A stretch of 48,525 bases of DNA from a virus. The position numbers and the translations under genes are program-made. Positions within the stretch are counted from its first letter, which is position 1; each line of letters starts with the position of its first letter. The stretch lies in IMG/VR virus record IMGVR_UViG_3300000976_000003, positions 1 through 48,525 of that record, one strand, 5' to 3'. The notes below the pieces were generated by a model. It was given only the letters and a program-made list of their open reading frames with translations, was not told the origin of the DNA and made no database searches. This document shows, piece after piece, positions 16,341 to 23,890 of the stretch.

Positions 16341-16490
16341 ATGAAGTTATCATTCACATTTACTAATGACGACGACTTTGACAAGCTGCTGAAAAAGTTC
16401 GAGCAACAACTCAAAGAATTACAAAAAACAGTTTTTCAGATTCAAAACTACAAATTTGAATCTGAAGTAGAATTAGTTGAGGAGGAGTGA
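16341..16490 (+). CDS. possible micro-ORF (49 aa, acidic)
   Basis: An ATG ORF downstream of the TATATTTG box. It overlaps the 3' end of the convergent ORF 16473..16718 by 18 nt, so one of the two may be spurious. Confidence 0.25.
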   Translation: MKLSFTFTNDDDFDKLLKKFEQQLKELQKTVFQIQNYKFESEVELVEEE

Positions 16491-16718
16491 ATTTATCTTT
16501 TCAGTAAGTTCACTAGGTAGGTTTTTGATATTCAAATCCATACCTGTCAATCCTTTTCTAAAAGTTATCTCAACTTCACCACCATGGCTTTTTATTTCAT
16601 CCATGAAGGGTTCTAGCTTGGCTAATAACTGCTGTTTTCTAAGATAAGCTCTACGCTTTCTTACTTCTTGAGTCAACTGTTCAGAGTCAAGTTTAGTGAA
16701 TGATACATTAAAGTTCAT
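16473..16718 (-). CDS. hypothetical protein (81 aa)
   Basis: ATG ORF. Only 26 nt separate its start from the divergent ORF at 16745. Confidence 0.4.
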   Translation of the reverse strand: MNFNVSFTKLDSEQLTQEVRKRRAYLRKQQLLAKLEPFMDEIKSHGGEVEITFRKGLTGMDLNIKNLPSELTEKINSLLLN

Positions 16719-16744
16719 CTACAAATGTATAAAAAATATACAAT

Positions 16745-16924
16745 ATGTCAAAAAATAACACCGTAGCGATATATCCTATACGAATTTCAGAGGACGACAT
16801 GAATCTAATACAAGAGTTACGTCTACTCTTAAAAAATAAATTAAATCTCTCTAAGATACCTACAGATGCTGAAACAATCAGGCTTTCTGTTAGGCATTCA
16901 CATAAGGATTTATCAAAAGGGTAA
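16745..16924 (+). CDS. small protein (59 aa), possibly ribbon-helix-helix-like
   Basis: MSKNNTVAIYPIRISEDDMNLIQELR... shows a beta-strand-then-helix pattern. It is below the ORF-track threshold. Confidence 0.35.
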   Translation: MSKNNTVAIYPIRISEDDMNLIQELRLLLKNKLNLSKIPTDAETIRLSVRHSHKDLSKG

Positions 16925-17000
16925 ACGGTTAAAGGAAGGTGTATCGGAGGGAGAAACAGTTACAAGATAATCATTTTTCAAACAATATCAAAACAGCAGG

Positions 17001-17177
17001 ATGTCAAAAGAAAAAGAACAACAGGAAATCGACGAACAAAAACGAGTTGAAAAAATCAGAACTGAATGTCTAGACAAGTTACTGGGAGAACGATTAGGAG
17101 GCGACATCAGTGAAGAAGAAATGACCAATTTGGTCAACCGAGCTCGACAAATGGCTGAGTTCATTATTAACGGGTAA
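17001..17177 (+). CDS. small acidic protein (58 aa)
   Basis: ATG ORF that I translated by hand. It lies in the rightward early region. Confidence 0.35.
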   Translation: MSKEKEQQEIDEQKRVEKIRTECLDKLLGERLGGDISEEEMTNLVNRARQMAEFIING

Positions 17178-17227
17178 ACCGATTACGGGATTAACAATGT
17201 CCCCTTATTTCATACTATGACTAAACA

Positions 17228-17270
17228 GAGGACGGCGCAAACATTCACCAAAACAAACTTTGCCGTCCTC
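17228..17270 (+). terminator. hairpin GAGGACGGC...GCCGTCCTC (9-bp stem, 25-nt loop), weak T tract
   Basis: The arms are perfectly complementary and are followed by ACTTTTG. Confidence 0.3.
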
Positions 17271-17319
17271 ACTTTTGAGAAAATCAATTTTTATAAACCA
17301 ATAAATTCAAAATTCAATT

Positions 17320-17781
17320 ATGGAAGATTTAAATGTAGCAGTAGCAAAAACAGAAAACCAAGCTACTCAAGAACAAGGCTTGATTGCTAAAGTGGTTGAC
17401 CTGTCTTTGATGACCAACGCCAATGACTTTCCTGAATTAAAGCAAGAAAGCGTAGTTCCTTTTGACTTAATTTCTGAGTACTGGACTCCTGAAACAGAAG
17501 GAGAAGAAAGATTGTGCGTGTTCGACAGATTAGAAGAATCCAATTGTGTAGACAATCAAACAGGAGAAGAAAAATTACTCTTGTGCGCCTTCTTCTACTA
17601 CAAAGACGATAACGGAATAATAGCTCGGTTTAGAAATGGCTCAAAAGTATTAACTGGTGAGATTGAAAACTTGTCACCAGTTTCAGGCACATGCTTCAAA
17701 ATACGCTACAACGGTAGGGTTAAAAACAAAACCAACAGCAATAGTAGCGATAGATGGTCAGTATTCGCAATTCGAGACTAA
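17320..17781 (+). CDS. hypothetical early protein (153 aa)
   Basis: ATG ORF with no recognisable motif. Confidence 0.55.
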   Translation: MEDLNVAVAKTENQATQEQGLIAKVVDLSLMTNANDFPELKQESVVPFDLISEYWTPETEGEERLCVFDRLEESNCVDNQTGEEKLLLCAFFYYKDDNGIIARFRNGSKVLTGEIENLSPVSGTCFKIRYNGRVKNKTNSNSSDRWSVFAIRD

Positions 17782-18413
17782 TGACAAAAGTGATTGATGT
17801 AAATGAAATGTCGAGGTTTTTGAACCTCGACATTTCAGAAGTAAAAATCGGCGAAGAACTTTCTAATAAAAAAGAAACGCCTCCTTCGTCAATGGATATT
17901 CTCGCAGAAAATGCAAAACGAAGAGGATTTGAGTTTTCTGAAAACATAGAGTTTCAAGGAGAATTTACACAGTTTGAAGATTTCTTGAATGATGCAACGG
18001 AGAATTTACAACACGGTACTTATCGTGTTTCTATTTACAAAGTACGAAGCTATTTGTCAAAATCACTTACAGCTTATTATTACAAATATTTGATACCGAC
18101 AATTTTTGAGCAAATCAAAAATAATTACACTGTCAACTCAATAATAGACAGTGTTAGAGACAGAAACTTTCATGACGAAATAGAATTAATTTACTACTTA
18201 GAAATCAAGATGACACCGCTTCGAATTGTTGATGAGAATGACAATATAGTACCATTACCAATGAAGTTGGAATCTACGGACAATGAAAGGTTTAAACTAA
18301 GTTTTATTGCACGTGTACAGGATTACTTCAAAAGACTTGAATTTATGGCCTACGAAGATTGGAAAAGGAGCATTAAAACTAAGAAAGGTAGGGCTAGAAA
18401 AAACTGGTATTAA
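17781..18413 (+). CDS. hypothetical early protein (210 aa from ATG 17781)
   Basis: The ATG forms a TAATG overlap with the upstream stop. Confidence 0.55.
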   Translation: MTKVIDVNEMSRFLNLDISEVKIGEELSNKKETPPSSMDILAENAKRRGFEFSENIEFQGEFTQFEDFLNDATENLQHGTYRVSIYKVRSYLSKSLTAYYYKYLIPTIFEQIKNNYTVNSIIDSVRDRNFHDEIELIYYLEIKMTPLRIVDENDNIVPLPMKLESTDNERFKLSFIARVQDYFKRLEFMAYEDWKRSIKTKKGRARKNWY

Positions 18414-18414
18414 C

Positions 18415-18648
18415 ATGAGCAGCGCAATATTCAAAATAGAAAAAGTGAATGGAAAAATGACTGATATCAGTCGTCAAATCTTCCATGATCAATACGGTAA
18501 TCTTAAAGACGGCAAATACAAAACCTATTTTGAAAGAGACAATGGCTATGTTGTCAAAACTCGATACCGATATTATTTCGATTGCATTCTAACATTAGCA
18601 TTGCCAAGGGCAGCAAAAGTATTCTACATCAATCGAAACGACAAATAA
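18415..18648 (+). CDS. hypothetical early protein (77 aa)
   Basis: ATG 18415 lies 2 nt after the upstream stop. The longer ORF-track version overlaps the previous gene. Confidence 0.45.
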   Translation: MSSAIFKIEKVNGKMTDISRQIFHDQYGNLKDGKYKTYFERDNGYVVKTRYRYYFDCILTLALPRAAKVFYINRNDK

Positions 18649-18714
18649 AGACCTATACGAAATACAACCGAACTACACGAAGTATGCAAAGCGATTTTTA
18701 ATCCAAGAGATTTA

Positions 18715-18936
18715 GTGAACACTCAGACTGGCGAAATTATTTCATCAGGAGCATCAACAACAGGATTAAGCGATCGGGATTTTATCGGCGAATACATTGT
18801 CGAGGTCATGGCCTATTTCGCTCAACCTCCTTTTAACTGTGTTTTCCCAACTCGAGAAGAATGGGCCATAGCACACAAAAAAGGGGAGTGGGATGAAATG
18901 AAAGAAGAATATACAAAAGGTACTGTAAGAAGTTAA
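18715..18936 (+). CDS. hypothetical protein (73 aa, GTG start)
   Basis: ORF only, with a non-ATG start. Confidence 0.35.
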   Translation: MNTQTGEIISSGASTTGLSDRDFIGEYIVEVMAYFAQPPFNCVFPTREEWAIAHKKGEWDEMKEEYTKGTVRS

Positions 18937-18996
18937 TATCCAGTTTCCTCCTTCGGGTGATTCAAAAGAGAATTGCCTGAAGAACTGGAAAAACAT

Positions 18997-19067
18997 TGCA
19001 GGATAGAGAAACGGTATCTTGCTGGACTCATGATCCAGAGTTGGAGGTTCGAATCCTCCTCCTGCGA
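18997..19067 (+). tRNA. tRNA with CAT anticodon (elongator Met or Ile2-type)
   Basis: I folded a cloverleaf by hand: acceptor TGCAGGA/TCCTGCG (U1:G72), D stem GAGA/TCTT, anticodon stem CTGGA/TCCAG with loop CTCATGA, and T arm GGAGG-TTCGAAT-CCTCC. Confidence 0.8.
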
Positions 19068-19178
19068 CGAAGCCCTGAAATAAATTAGCAGATAATTAAC
19101 ACGGTGGGAGACCAAACAGGGCTGCTAGACACTGGAAGCGTTTCAGACTCCAAAGCAAGGGTTGCAAACCTTGTGATT

Positions 19179-19249
19179 TTGTTGGCTAGTTTAATGGCAG
19201 AACGCATCGGCTCTACGATGAAGATAAGGTTCGATTCCTTACCAACACC
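19179..19249 (+). other. tRNA-like element with defects (possible pseudo-tRNA or tRNA-derived att fragment)
   Basis: It has a canonical T arm TAAGG-TTCGATT-CCTTA, a 6/7-bp acceptor, and a D arm GTTT-AATGGCA-GAAC. However, the anticodon stem CATCG/CGATG encloses only 6 nt (GCTCTA), and 3 nt link the acceptor to the D stem. Confidence 0.35.
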
Positions 19250-19446
19250 AAAACAACCAATCGAAGAAGAGGGTTTGGTTTTATCTCCTTTGTAGTCGGT
19301 ATTGTGGATTGACACGTGTAAACAATGCTTTCATTTTAGCTGAATGGACAAAATGATAAAATTGACAAATTCTTATTGATTTATTCAAATAAAGATGGAC
19401 AAGGCCCTCACGTTTGGTTGAAAGAATAGACTCTAGTTTTTGTTGG

Positions 19447-19497
19447 CGCTCCCTTATCCTATCGAGAGAGTATTTGAAAGGTAAGGTGAGCGTTTTT
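19447..19497 (+). terminator. rho-independent terminator after the tRNA region
   Basis: CGCTC-CCTTA ... TAAGG-T-GAGCG forms a long bulged hairpin followed by TTTTT. Confidence 0.6.
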
Positions 19498-19522
19498 CTA
19501 TCAACCAAAAAAAATATTCAAA

Positions 19523-19744
19523 ATGGCAATTCCAAAAGACATAACTATTGATTCAGAAAATGGTAATCAAGTAGCTTCATTTAATTTCAATGAAGGGAAA
19601 GAGGTCGCAAGAGAAAAAGGCTTGGTTCAAACAAGCTCTTATAGTCAAGTATACAATGGAACTGGTTTTATTATCTCTTGTGGTGATGTGATGATGAAGG
19701 TTTCGGAAACCGATTACCCTGAAATTCAGAGAAGAACTATTTAA
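19523..19744 (+). CDS. hypothetical protein (73 aa)
   Basis: ATG ORF. Confidence 0.5.
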   Translation: MAIPKDITIDSENGNQVASFNFNEGKEVAREKGLVQTSSYSQVYNGTGFIISCGDVMMKVSETDYPEIQRRTI

Positions 19745-19862
19745 TCAGAGAAACTGATTGTCTTGATTGTGAATGAAAGTGTTGGCTTCTAACCCACATT
19801 GTCACCTTCAGTAAGTGACTAGTTCGCAGTCAGGCTTTTTAATCCACAGAACAGTATCAACC

Positions 19863-19970
19863 ATGGGAATACTACCAATAGTGATTTTCATAGCACTTGC
19901 CTACTACGGGCATCGACAGGAGCAAAAGAAAATTGAACGTCAGGAGAAAATTAAGAACAAGTACAGATGA
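19863..19970 (+). CDS. possible micro-ORF (35 aa) with one hydrophobic helix
   Basis: MGILPIVIFIALAYYGHRQEQKKIERQEKIKNKYR. Its stop overlaps the next ATG (ATGA). Confidence 0.3.
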   Translation: MGILPIVIFIALAYYGHRQEQKKIERQEKIKNKYR

Positions 19971-20134
19971 CTACCCAATGTCAAGTAACAGGTGAGCCTA
20001 TCCAAATTGAATGGCTCACTGATAGCGAAATCACGGAATATTGGTATCAAAAGTGGACACGAAAGAAATCCACTCGACCGAATATTCCGATTTATATCAA
20101 CATTAATTATCAAAAATTTGATTGCTATGCCTAA
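19967..20134 (+). CDS. possible small protein (55 aa)
   Basis: MTTQCQVTGEPIQIEWLTDSEITEYWYQKW... This is an alternative to the GTG-started ORF 19992..20270, which lies in another frame. Confidence 0.3.
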   Translation: MTTQCQVTGEPIQIEWLTDSEITEYWYQKWTRKKSTRPNIPIYININYQKFDCYA

Positions 20135-20270
20135 AAAGAAATCTAAAGAACAAATCCGTCAGGAAGAAATTAAAAAAGTCCAAAAACAAGGGGCGTTTTT
20201 TATGTCCCAATTAAGTTATGACGTACCAAAAGTCACATTTCCTAAATTGTCAAAACCTAAGCAAAAATGA
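20127..20270 (+). CDS. possible small basic protein (47 aa; ATG-started part of ORF 19992..20270)
   Basis: MPKKKSKEQIRQEEIKK... Its stop overlaps ATG 20267 (ATGA). Confidence 0.3.
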   Translation: MPKKKSKEQIRQEEIKKVQKQGAFFMSQLSYDVPKVTFPKLSKPKQK

Positions 20271-20974
20271 GTGAAGTATTGATATACGACCAGCAAGGTT
20301 ATTTAATTGACCCGCATCGACCAGATCCAACACAATATTTTGTTGCTGTGATTTGCTTGATTTGTTTTTTATTCTTGGCTTTAAAGCCAGTAGATATAAA
20401 AAACACGACCTCTTTATTGGAAACCTCTACTGTATCAAATTGTACTGATACAGTTGCCAATAAACCAAGCAGTATCAAACCTAAAACAATCTTTGGTTTG
20501 CCGATTGAAAAAGCAGAAAAATTCATACAAAGGTTTAAAGATGTGGCTATTTATGAGCAACAAAAATATGGTATACCTGCAAGCATAAAACTAGCTCAGG
20601 GTTTACTCGAATCCAAATCAGGAACATCCTTGTTAGCAATTCAAAATAATAATTATTTCGGAGTTAAATGTTTTTCTAAAACATGCAAAAAGGGGCATTG
20701 TACCAATTTGTCAGATGATAGTCATAAGGATTTTTTTAAGAAATATGATTCTGCATGGCTTTCTTTCCGTGATCATTCAAAATTACTACAGAAAGAAAGG
20801 TATAAGGATTTGTATAAAAGCAAATCATACACTGCTTGGGCTTTTGGTTTGCGAAAAGCTGGGTATGCAACTGATGAAAAATACCATCGAAAGATTATCA
20901 AGATAATAGAAGATTTAGAATTGTATCAATACGATAAACACTATTCAGAAAAGAATCCATCTGTTATCAGATGA
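20267..20974 (+). CDS. membrane-anchored peptidoglycan hydrolase, glucosaminidase/GH73 (FlgJ-like) domain
   Basis: N-terminal hydrophobic helix YFVAVICLICFLFLAL. Motifs AQGLLESKSG, NNNYFGVK and AGYATDEKY. Confidence 0.7.
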   Translation: MSEVLIYDQQGYLIDPHRPDPTQYFVAVICLICFLFLALKPVDIKNTTSLLETSTVSNCTDTVANKPSSIKPKTIFGLPIEKAEKFIQRFKDVAIYEQQKYGIPASIKLAQGLLESKSGTSLLAIQNNNYFGVKCFSKTCKKGHCTNLSDDSHKDFFKKYDSAWLSFRDHSKLLQKERYKDLYKSKSYTAWAFGLRKAGYATDEKYHRKIIKIIEDLELYQYDKHYSEKNPSVIR

Positions 20975-20999
20975 TTGCTTTTTGAATTATTAGTTGGTT

Positions 21000-21024
21000 C
21001 CGTCCTACTTAGGTGGGGCGGTTT
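21000..21024 (+). terminator. hairpin CCGTCC...GGGGCGG followed by TTT
   Basis: A 6-bp GC-rich stem with one G:T pair and a 10-nt loop. Confidence 0.35.
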
Positions 21025-21026
21025 AA

Positions 21027-21097
21027 GAAGGATTGTCTGAGTGGCTAGGAAGCGGTCTGCAAAACCGTCTACAAGGGTTCGAGTCCCTTATCCTTCT
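21027..21097 (+). tRNA. tRNA-Cys (GCA)
   Basis: Acceptor GAAGGAT/ATCCTTC, anticodon stem GCGGT/ACCGT with loop CTGCAAA, and T arm AAGGG-TTCGAGT-CCCTT. Confidence 0.8.
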
Positions 21098-21117
21098 CAT
21101 AGTGTTTCATAGTGTTT

Positions 21118-21144
21118 CGGCTTGCCTACGGGTGAGCCGATTTT
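21118..21144 (+). terminator. rho-independent terminator after tRNA-Cys
   Basis: CGGCTTGCC-TACG-GGTGAGCCG forms a 9-bp stem including G:T pairs, followed by ATTTTA. It is preceded by a direct 10-mer repeat CATAGTGTTT x2 (21098..21117). Confidence 0.55.
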
Positions 21145-21231
21145 ATCGAAGCCAAAGAATCTCCATTGAGGTTTTCTCATAGTCTTATTTGCCCTCGATT
21201 AAATTCGGGGGCGTTTTTTAAAAATTGTAAA

Positions 21232-21633
21232 ATGAAATTAAAATCACTAAAACCTGTAGATTTTCCCTCTAGTGGTAGAGGGATGACAGCAAAACCATTT
21301 GTTCGATTCAGCACAAAAGGAGTAATTACTTTTAATAAAGCTGCTGTGAAATTATTGAATTTATCAGACAAGGAAAATATCTTTCTAACTCAAGACGAAG
21401 ATAAACCAGACGATTTCTATTTGTGTAAATCTCAAGAAGGGTTTGCCGTTAAAGTGAATGAAAAAGGTGGACAATTTAATAACTCAAACCTTTCTAATCA
21501 CATTCTAAATTTTTTCAATTTAAATGATGGAATTAAAACAGGTTTTCGATTCAATATTGGTGAAGGTGTTGAATACGGTAGCACAATAATGTACCCATTA
21601 ATCACTCGACCAGCTCGACAAATATCTGAATAA
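21232..21633 (+). CDS. hypothetical protein (133 aa from ATG 21232)
   Basis: I prefer the ATG start, because the longer ORF-track version begins inside the terminator region. Confidence 0.5.
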   Translation: MKLKSLKPVDFPSSGRGMTAKPFVRFSTKGVITFNKAAVKLLNLSDKENIFLTQDEDKPDDFYLCKSQEGFAVKVNEKGGQFNNSNLSNHILNFFNLNDGIKTGFRFNIGEGVEYGSTIMYPLITRPARQISE

Positions 21634-21867
21634 ATGCACAATCCTCCTACTACCGAAGAAATAAGTTTAGAAGTACAAACACATCTTGCTATTAATGACT
21701 TAGAAGCAATTAAAGCGTTTTTGAGTGCGACAGAGCCAACAGTTCAAACGATGCTCTCTATACCTCAATCACCATTTGGTGTAGGGGTTAGTAGAGCAGT
21801 CATGTTCAATAGACATAGTTTAGAAAATAGCAAGTGGGTGCATATGTTAGAAGTGTTGATTGAGTAG
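21634..21867 (+). CDS. hypothetical protein (77 aa)
   Basis: The ATG immediately follows the upstream TAA. Confidence 0.5.
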   Translation: MHNPPTTEEISLEVQTHLAINDLEAIKAFLSATEPTVQTMLSIPQSPFGVGVSRAVMFNRHSLENSKWVHMLEVLIE

Positions 21868-22005
21868 ATGCAGTTTTTTTTGGAACATTTTATTAAGGGG
21901 GATTTGATAGTTGCTCCTGGTAAGTGGAAGATTGGATTTTGGGTAAAGGTAGGGGTGAAACTGTTTGGAGTGGTTCGGGATGTGATTGGGATTATTAGAA
22001 AGTAA
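21868..22005 (+). CDS. possible micro-ORF (45 aa, G/V/K/I-rich) in a C-depleted stretch
   Basis: The ATG immediately follows the upstream TAG. The peptide is MQFFLEHFIKGDLIVAPGKWKIGFWVKVGVKLFGVVRDVIGIIRK. Confidence 0.25.
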   Translation: MQFFLEHFIKGDLIVAPGKWKIGFWVKVGVKLFGVVRDVIGIIRK

Positions 22006-22064
22006 ATATTTATAAAGTCAACAAAAGAGTTGACGAAATTAAAATGATTTGAAAATTTGAAAGA

Positions 22065-22391
22065 ATGAATAAATTTAAAGATATTGGGGATTCGGCGGGT
22101 ACAAACCGCATTTGTGGTAATACTAAAGATGTGTTGACACCTTCTTTAGTACCCGCCGTTCTTCACTATCCTTTTGAAATGGAATTAAAAGAAGCATTAG
22201 AGACGCTTTTTAAATCGCAACAGTTCTACGACCTAGCGAAGTTAAAAAATAAGCGTGGCAGCACATTAAGGGCAGCTAAAAGCAGATATGAAAGAGGTAT
22301 CTTAGGAGTTAAATCCGCATTATCGCTTTTAGAAGATTTTGGTTATACTTATACAATACAGAAACCGAAAGAAATAAAGCCTAAAAAATAA
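22065..22391 (+). CDS. hypothetical protein (108 aa)
   Basis: ATG ORF. Confidence 0.5.
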   Translation: MNKFKDIGDSAGTNRICGNTKDVLTPSLVPAVLHYPFEMELKEALETLFKSQQFYDLAKLKNKRGSTLRAAKSRYERGILGVKSALSLLEDFGYTYTIQKPKEIKPKK

Positions 22392-22415
22392 GTGCGTCAA
22401 AACTTTGCACTTTAA

Positions 22416-22423
22416 TATATTTG
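22416..22423 (+). promoter_or_regulatory. TATATTTG (-7 box-like) upstream of ATG 22474
   Basis: Exact TAnnTTTG match, 50 nt upstream of the start. Confidence 0.35.
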
Positions 22424-22473
22424 TCTTATATTTACACTGTCAACACATTTACAGTATTATAAATATAATTCAA

Positions 22474-22806
22474 ATGCAAAATTCAATTTCAAAATCTATC
22501 ATCTTCAAAACTGCATGGCAGTTGTTCAAATCTTCAATTTATTCAACATTTTCAGAAGCCTTAAAAGCTGCATGGAAAGAAATTAAGCTACGAGCTTCTT
22601 TGAAGTCTAAAAAAGTAGCAATCACTTTCCGTAAAGCATCAGGCGAAATCACAACACGAATAGCGACATTATCAGACAAATTCTTTGATTACAAATCAAG
22701 TTCAAAAGGAACGCAAAAAGCTGGCTTAATTAAGTTTTTCTCAATCACAGACAACGGATTCCGTGCCTGTCGAATAGAACGACTTATTTCATTTAAAACG
22801 GCTTAA
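22474..22806 (+). CDS. hypothetical protein (110 aa from ATG 22474)
   Basis: I prefer the ATG start over TTG 22405. Confidence 0.5.
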   Translation: MQNSISKSIIFKTAWQLFKSSIYSTFSEALKAAWKEIKLRASLKSKKVAITFRKASGEITTRIATLSDKFFDYKSSSKGTQKAGLIKFFSITDNGFRACRIERLISFKTA

Positions 22807-22816
22807 AACCAACAAA

Positions 22817-22838
22817 AAAGAGAGCTTCGGCTCTCTTT
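22817..22838 (+). terminator. hairpin AAAGAGAGC-TTCG-GCTCTCTTT
   Basis: A perfect stem with a UUCG tetraloop. The T tract is short. Confidence 0.5.
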
Positions 22839-22865
22839 CCTCCTAACCTTTTAAACTTGATAATT

Positions 22866-23117
22866 ATGAAATTCAGCATAGAATTTTACGATAAACTATT
22901 GAATACATCCGACGACCTTCTTTTCCTATCAAGAGAGGCAAGAGCGAATGAAAACCTTGTAGAAGCTGCTCAATGCATCGAGACAGCAGAGGCACTTACA
23001 AAGACAGCGAGTTTTTTCGCAGTCAAAGAAATGAAAGAAAGTACAAAAAAGAGCAATTGTTGTGATGCGAAGGTTTTATGGGGTATTTGCTCCGATTGCA
23101 GAGAACATTGCGAGTAA
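22866..23117 (+). CDS. small protein (83 aa) with C-terminal Cys cluster CCDAKVLWGICSDCREHC
   Basis: ATG ORF. The Cys motif suggests Zn binding, but that is inference. Confidence 0.45.
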   Translation: MKFSIEFYDKLLNTSDDLLFLSREARANENLVEAAQCIETAEALTKTASFFAVKEMKESTKKSNCCDAKVLWGICSDCREHCE

Positions 23118-23188
23118 GATATATTCACAGTAAGTATGGCAAGCTCCTTAGCGATTCGTCGCTGAGGAGTTTTAAAAACGAATTGAAA

Positions 23189-23890
23189 ATGAAGAAATTT
23201 TATGAGGAAGATTTAGAGGATTTGATTTGGGAGCAAATGCAGACAAAAGAAGGGAGGCATAAACTAAGAATTAGAGGTTTACACATTGTTGAAAGAGCAT
23301 TGTATAAAAGACAACCAAAACTTAGTGTTTATGGTGTTCCTGATATTGTAGTTGTATCAGCCAATCGACTTCCTACCACAAAAGAACATCTAAGTAAAGA
23401 GAAGTCGGTTTATCATCAAGGATTTAAGCCTTTAATTCAGATAATAGAGCTAAAGACTGTACCTATAAACAATGATCATATACAGCAAGTTCTCAGATAC
23501 AAAACAGCTATGCTTGAGTATTACAGCAAAGTGGTAGACTTATATCACAACTCTAGAGACAGTGATATAAATATATATGACCCAGTAATAGAATGTGTGC
23601 TAATTGGGCCTAGTTTCGATTCAGATAAATCGTGCTTCATATATAACGAATTGACTGAGCTGGAAATAATGACGTTTGATTTTGATTTTTCCTACGGGTT
23701 GACTTTTAAAACCGTAAGTAAAGATTGGATAAGACCTAATTTCAACCTAGACAATACAAGCATCAACCCTAATGAAATAGTGGGTTGCATACACACCGAA
23801 GTTGAACATATTTTCCATCATTATAATATCCGTAAAAATGGCGAACCTAGCAGGGATTTGGATACCGATAGACCTTTGGAGAATAACTAA
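23189..23890 (+). CDS. putative PD-(D/E)XK-type nuclease (233 aa from ATG 23189)
   Basis: GVPDIVVV followed by IQIIELK fits the PD...ExK signature. Only these motifs support the call. Confidence 0.4.
   Translation: MKKFYEEDLEDLIWEQMQTKEGRHKLRIRGLHIVERALYKRQPKLSVYGVPDIVVVSANRLPTTKEHLSKEKSVYHQGFKPLIQIIELKTVPINNDHIQQVLRYKTAMLEYYSKVVDLYHNSRDSDINIYDPVIECVLIGPSFDSDKSCFIYNELTELEIMTFDFDFSYGLTFKTVSKDWIRPNFNLDNTSINPNEIVGCIHTEVEHIFHHYNIRKNGEPSRDLDTDRPLENN

Noticed and set aside
19205-19220. Idea that the CTA in the tRNA-like anticodon loop indicates amber-stop recoding
   Set aside because: TAG is used as a genuine stop that is followed immediately by the next gene's start codon at several junctions (21865, 28334, 37352, 38741). 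The loop has a non-standard length and no ORF is interrupted by in-frame TAG.
19085-19315. ORFs 19104..19295 (+) and 19085..19315 (-) in the tRNA region
   Set aside because: They have non-ATG starts or run antisense, and they overlap tRNA-like structure and a terminator. The region is more plausibly non-coding.
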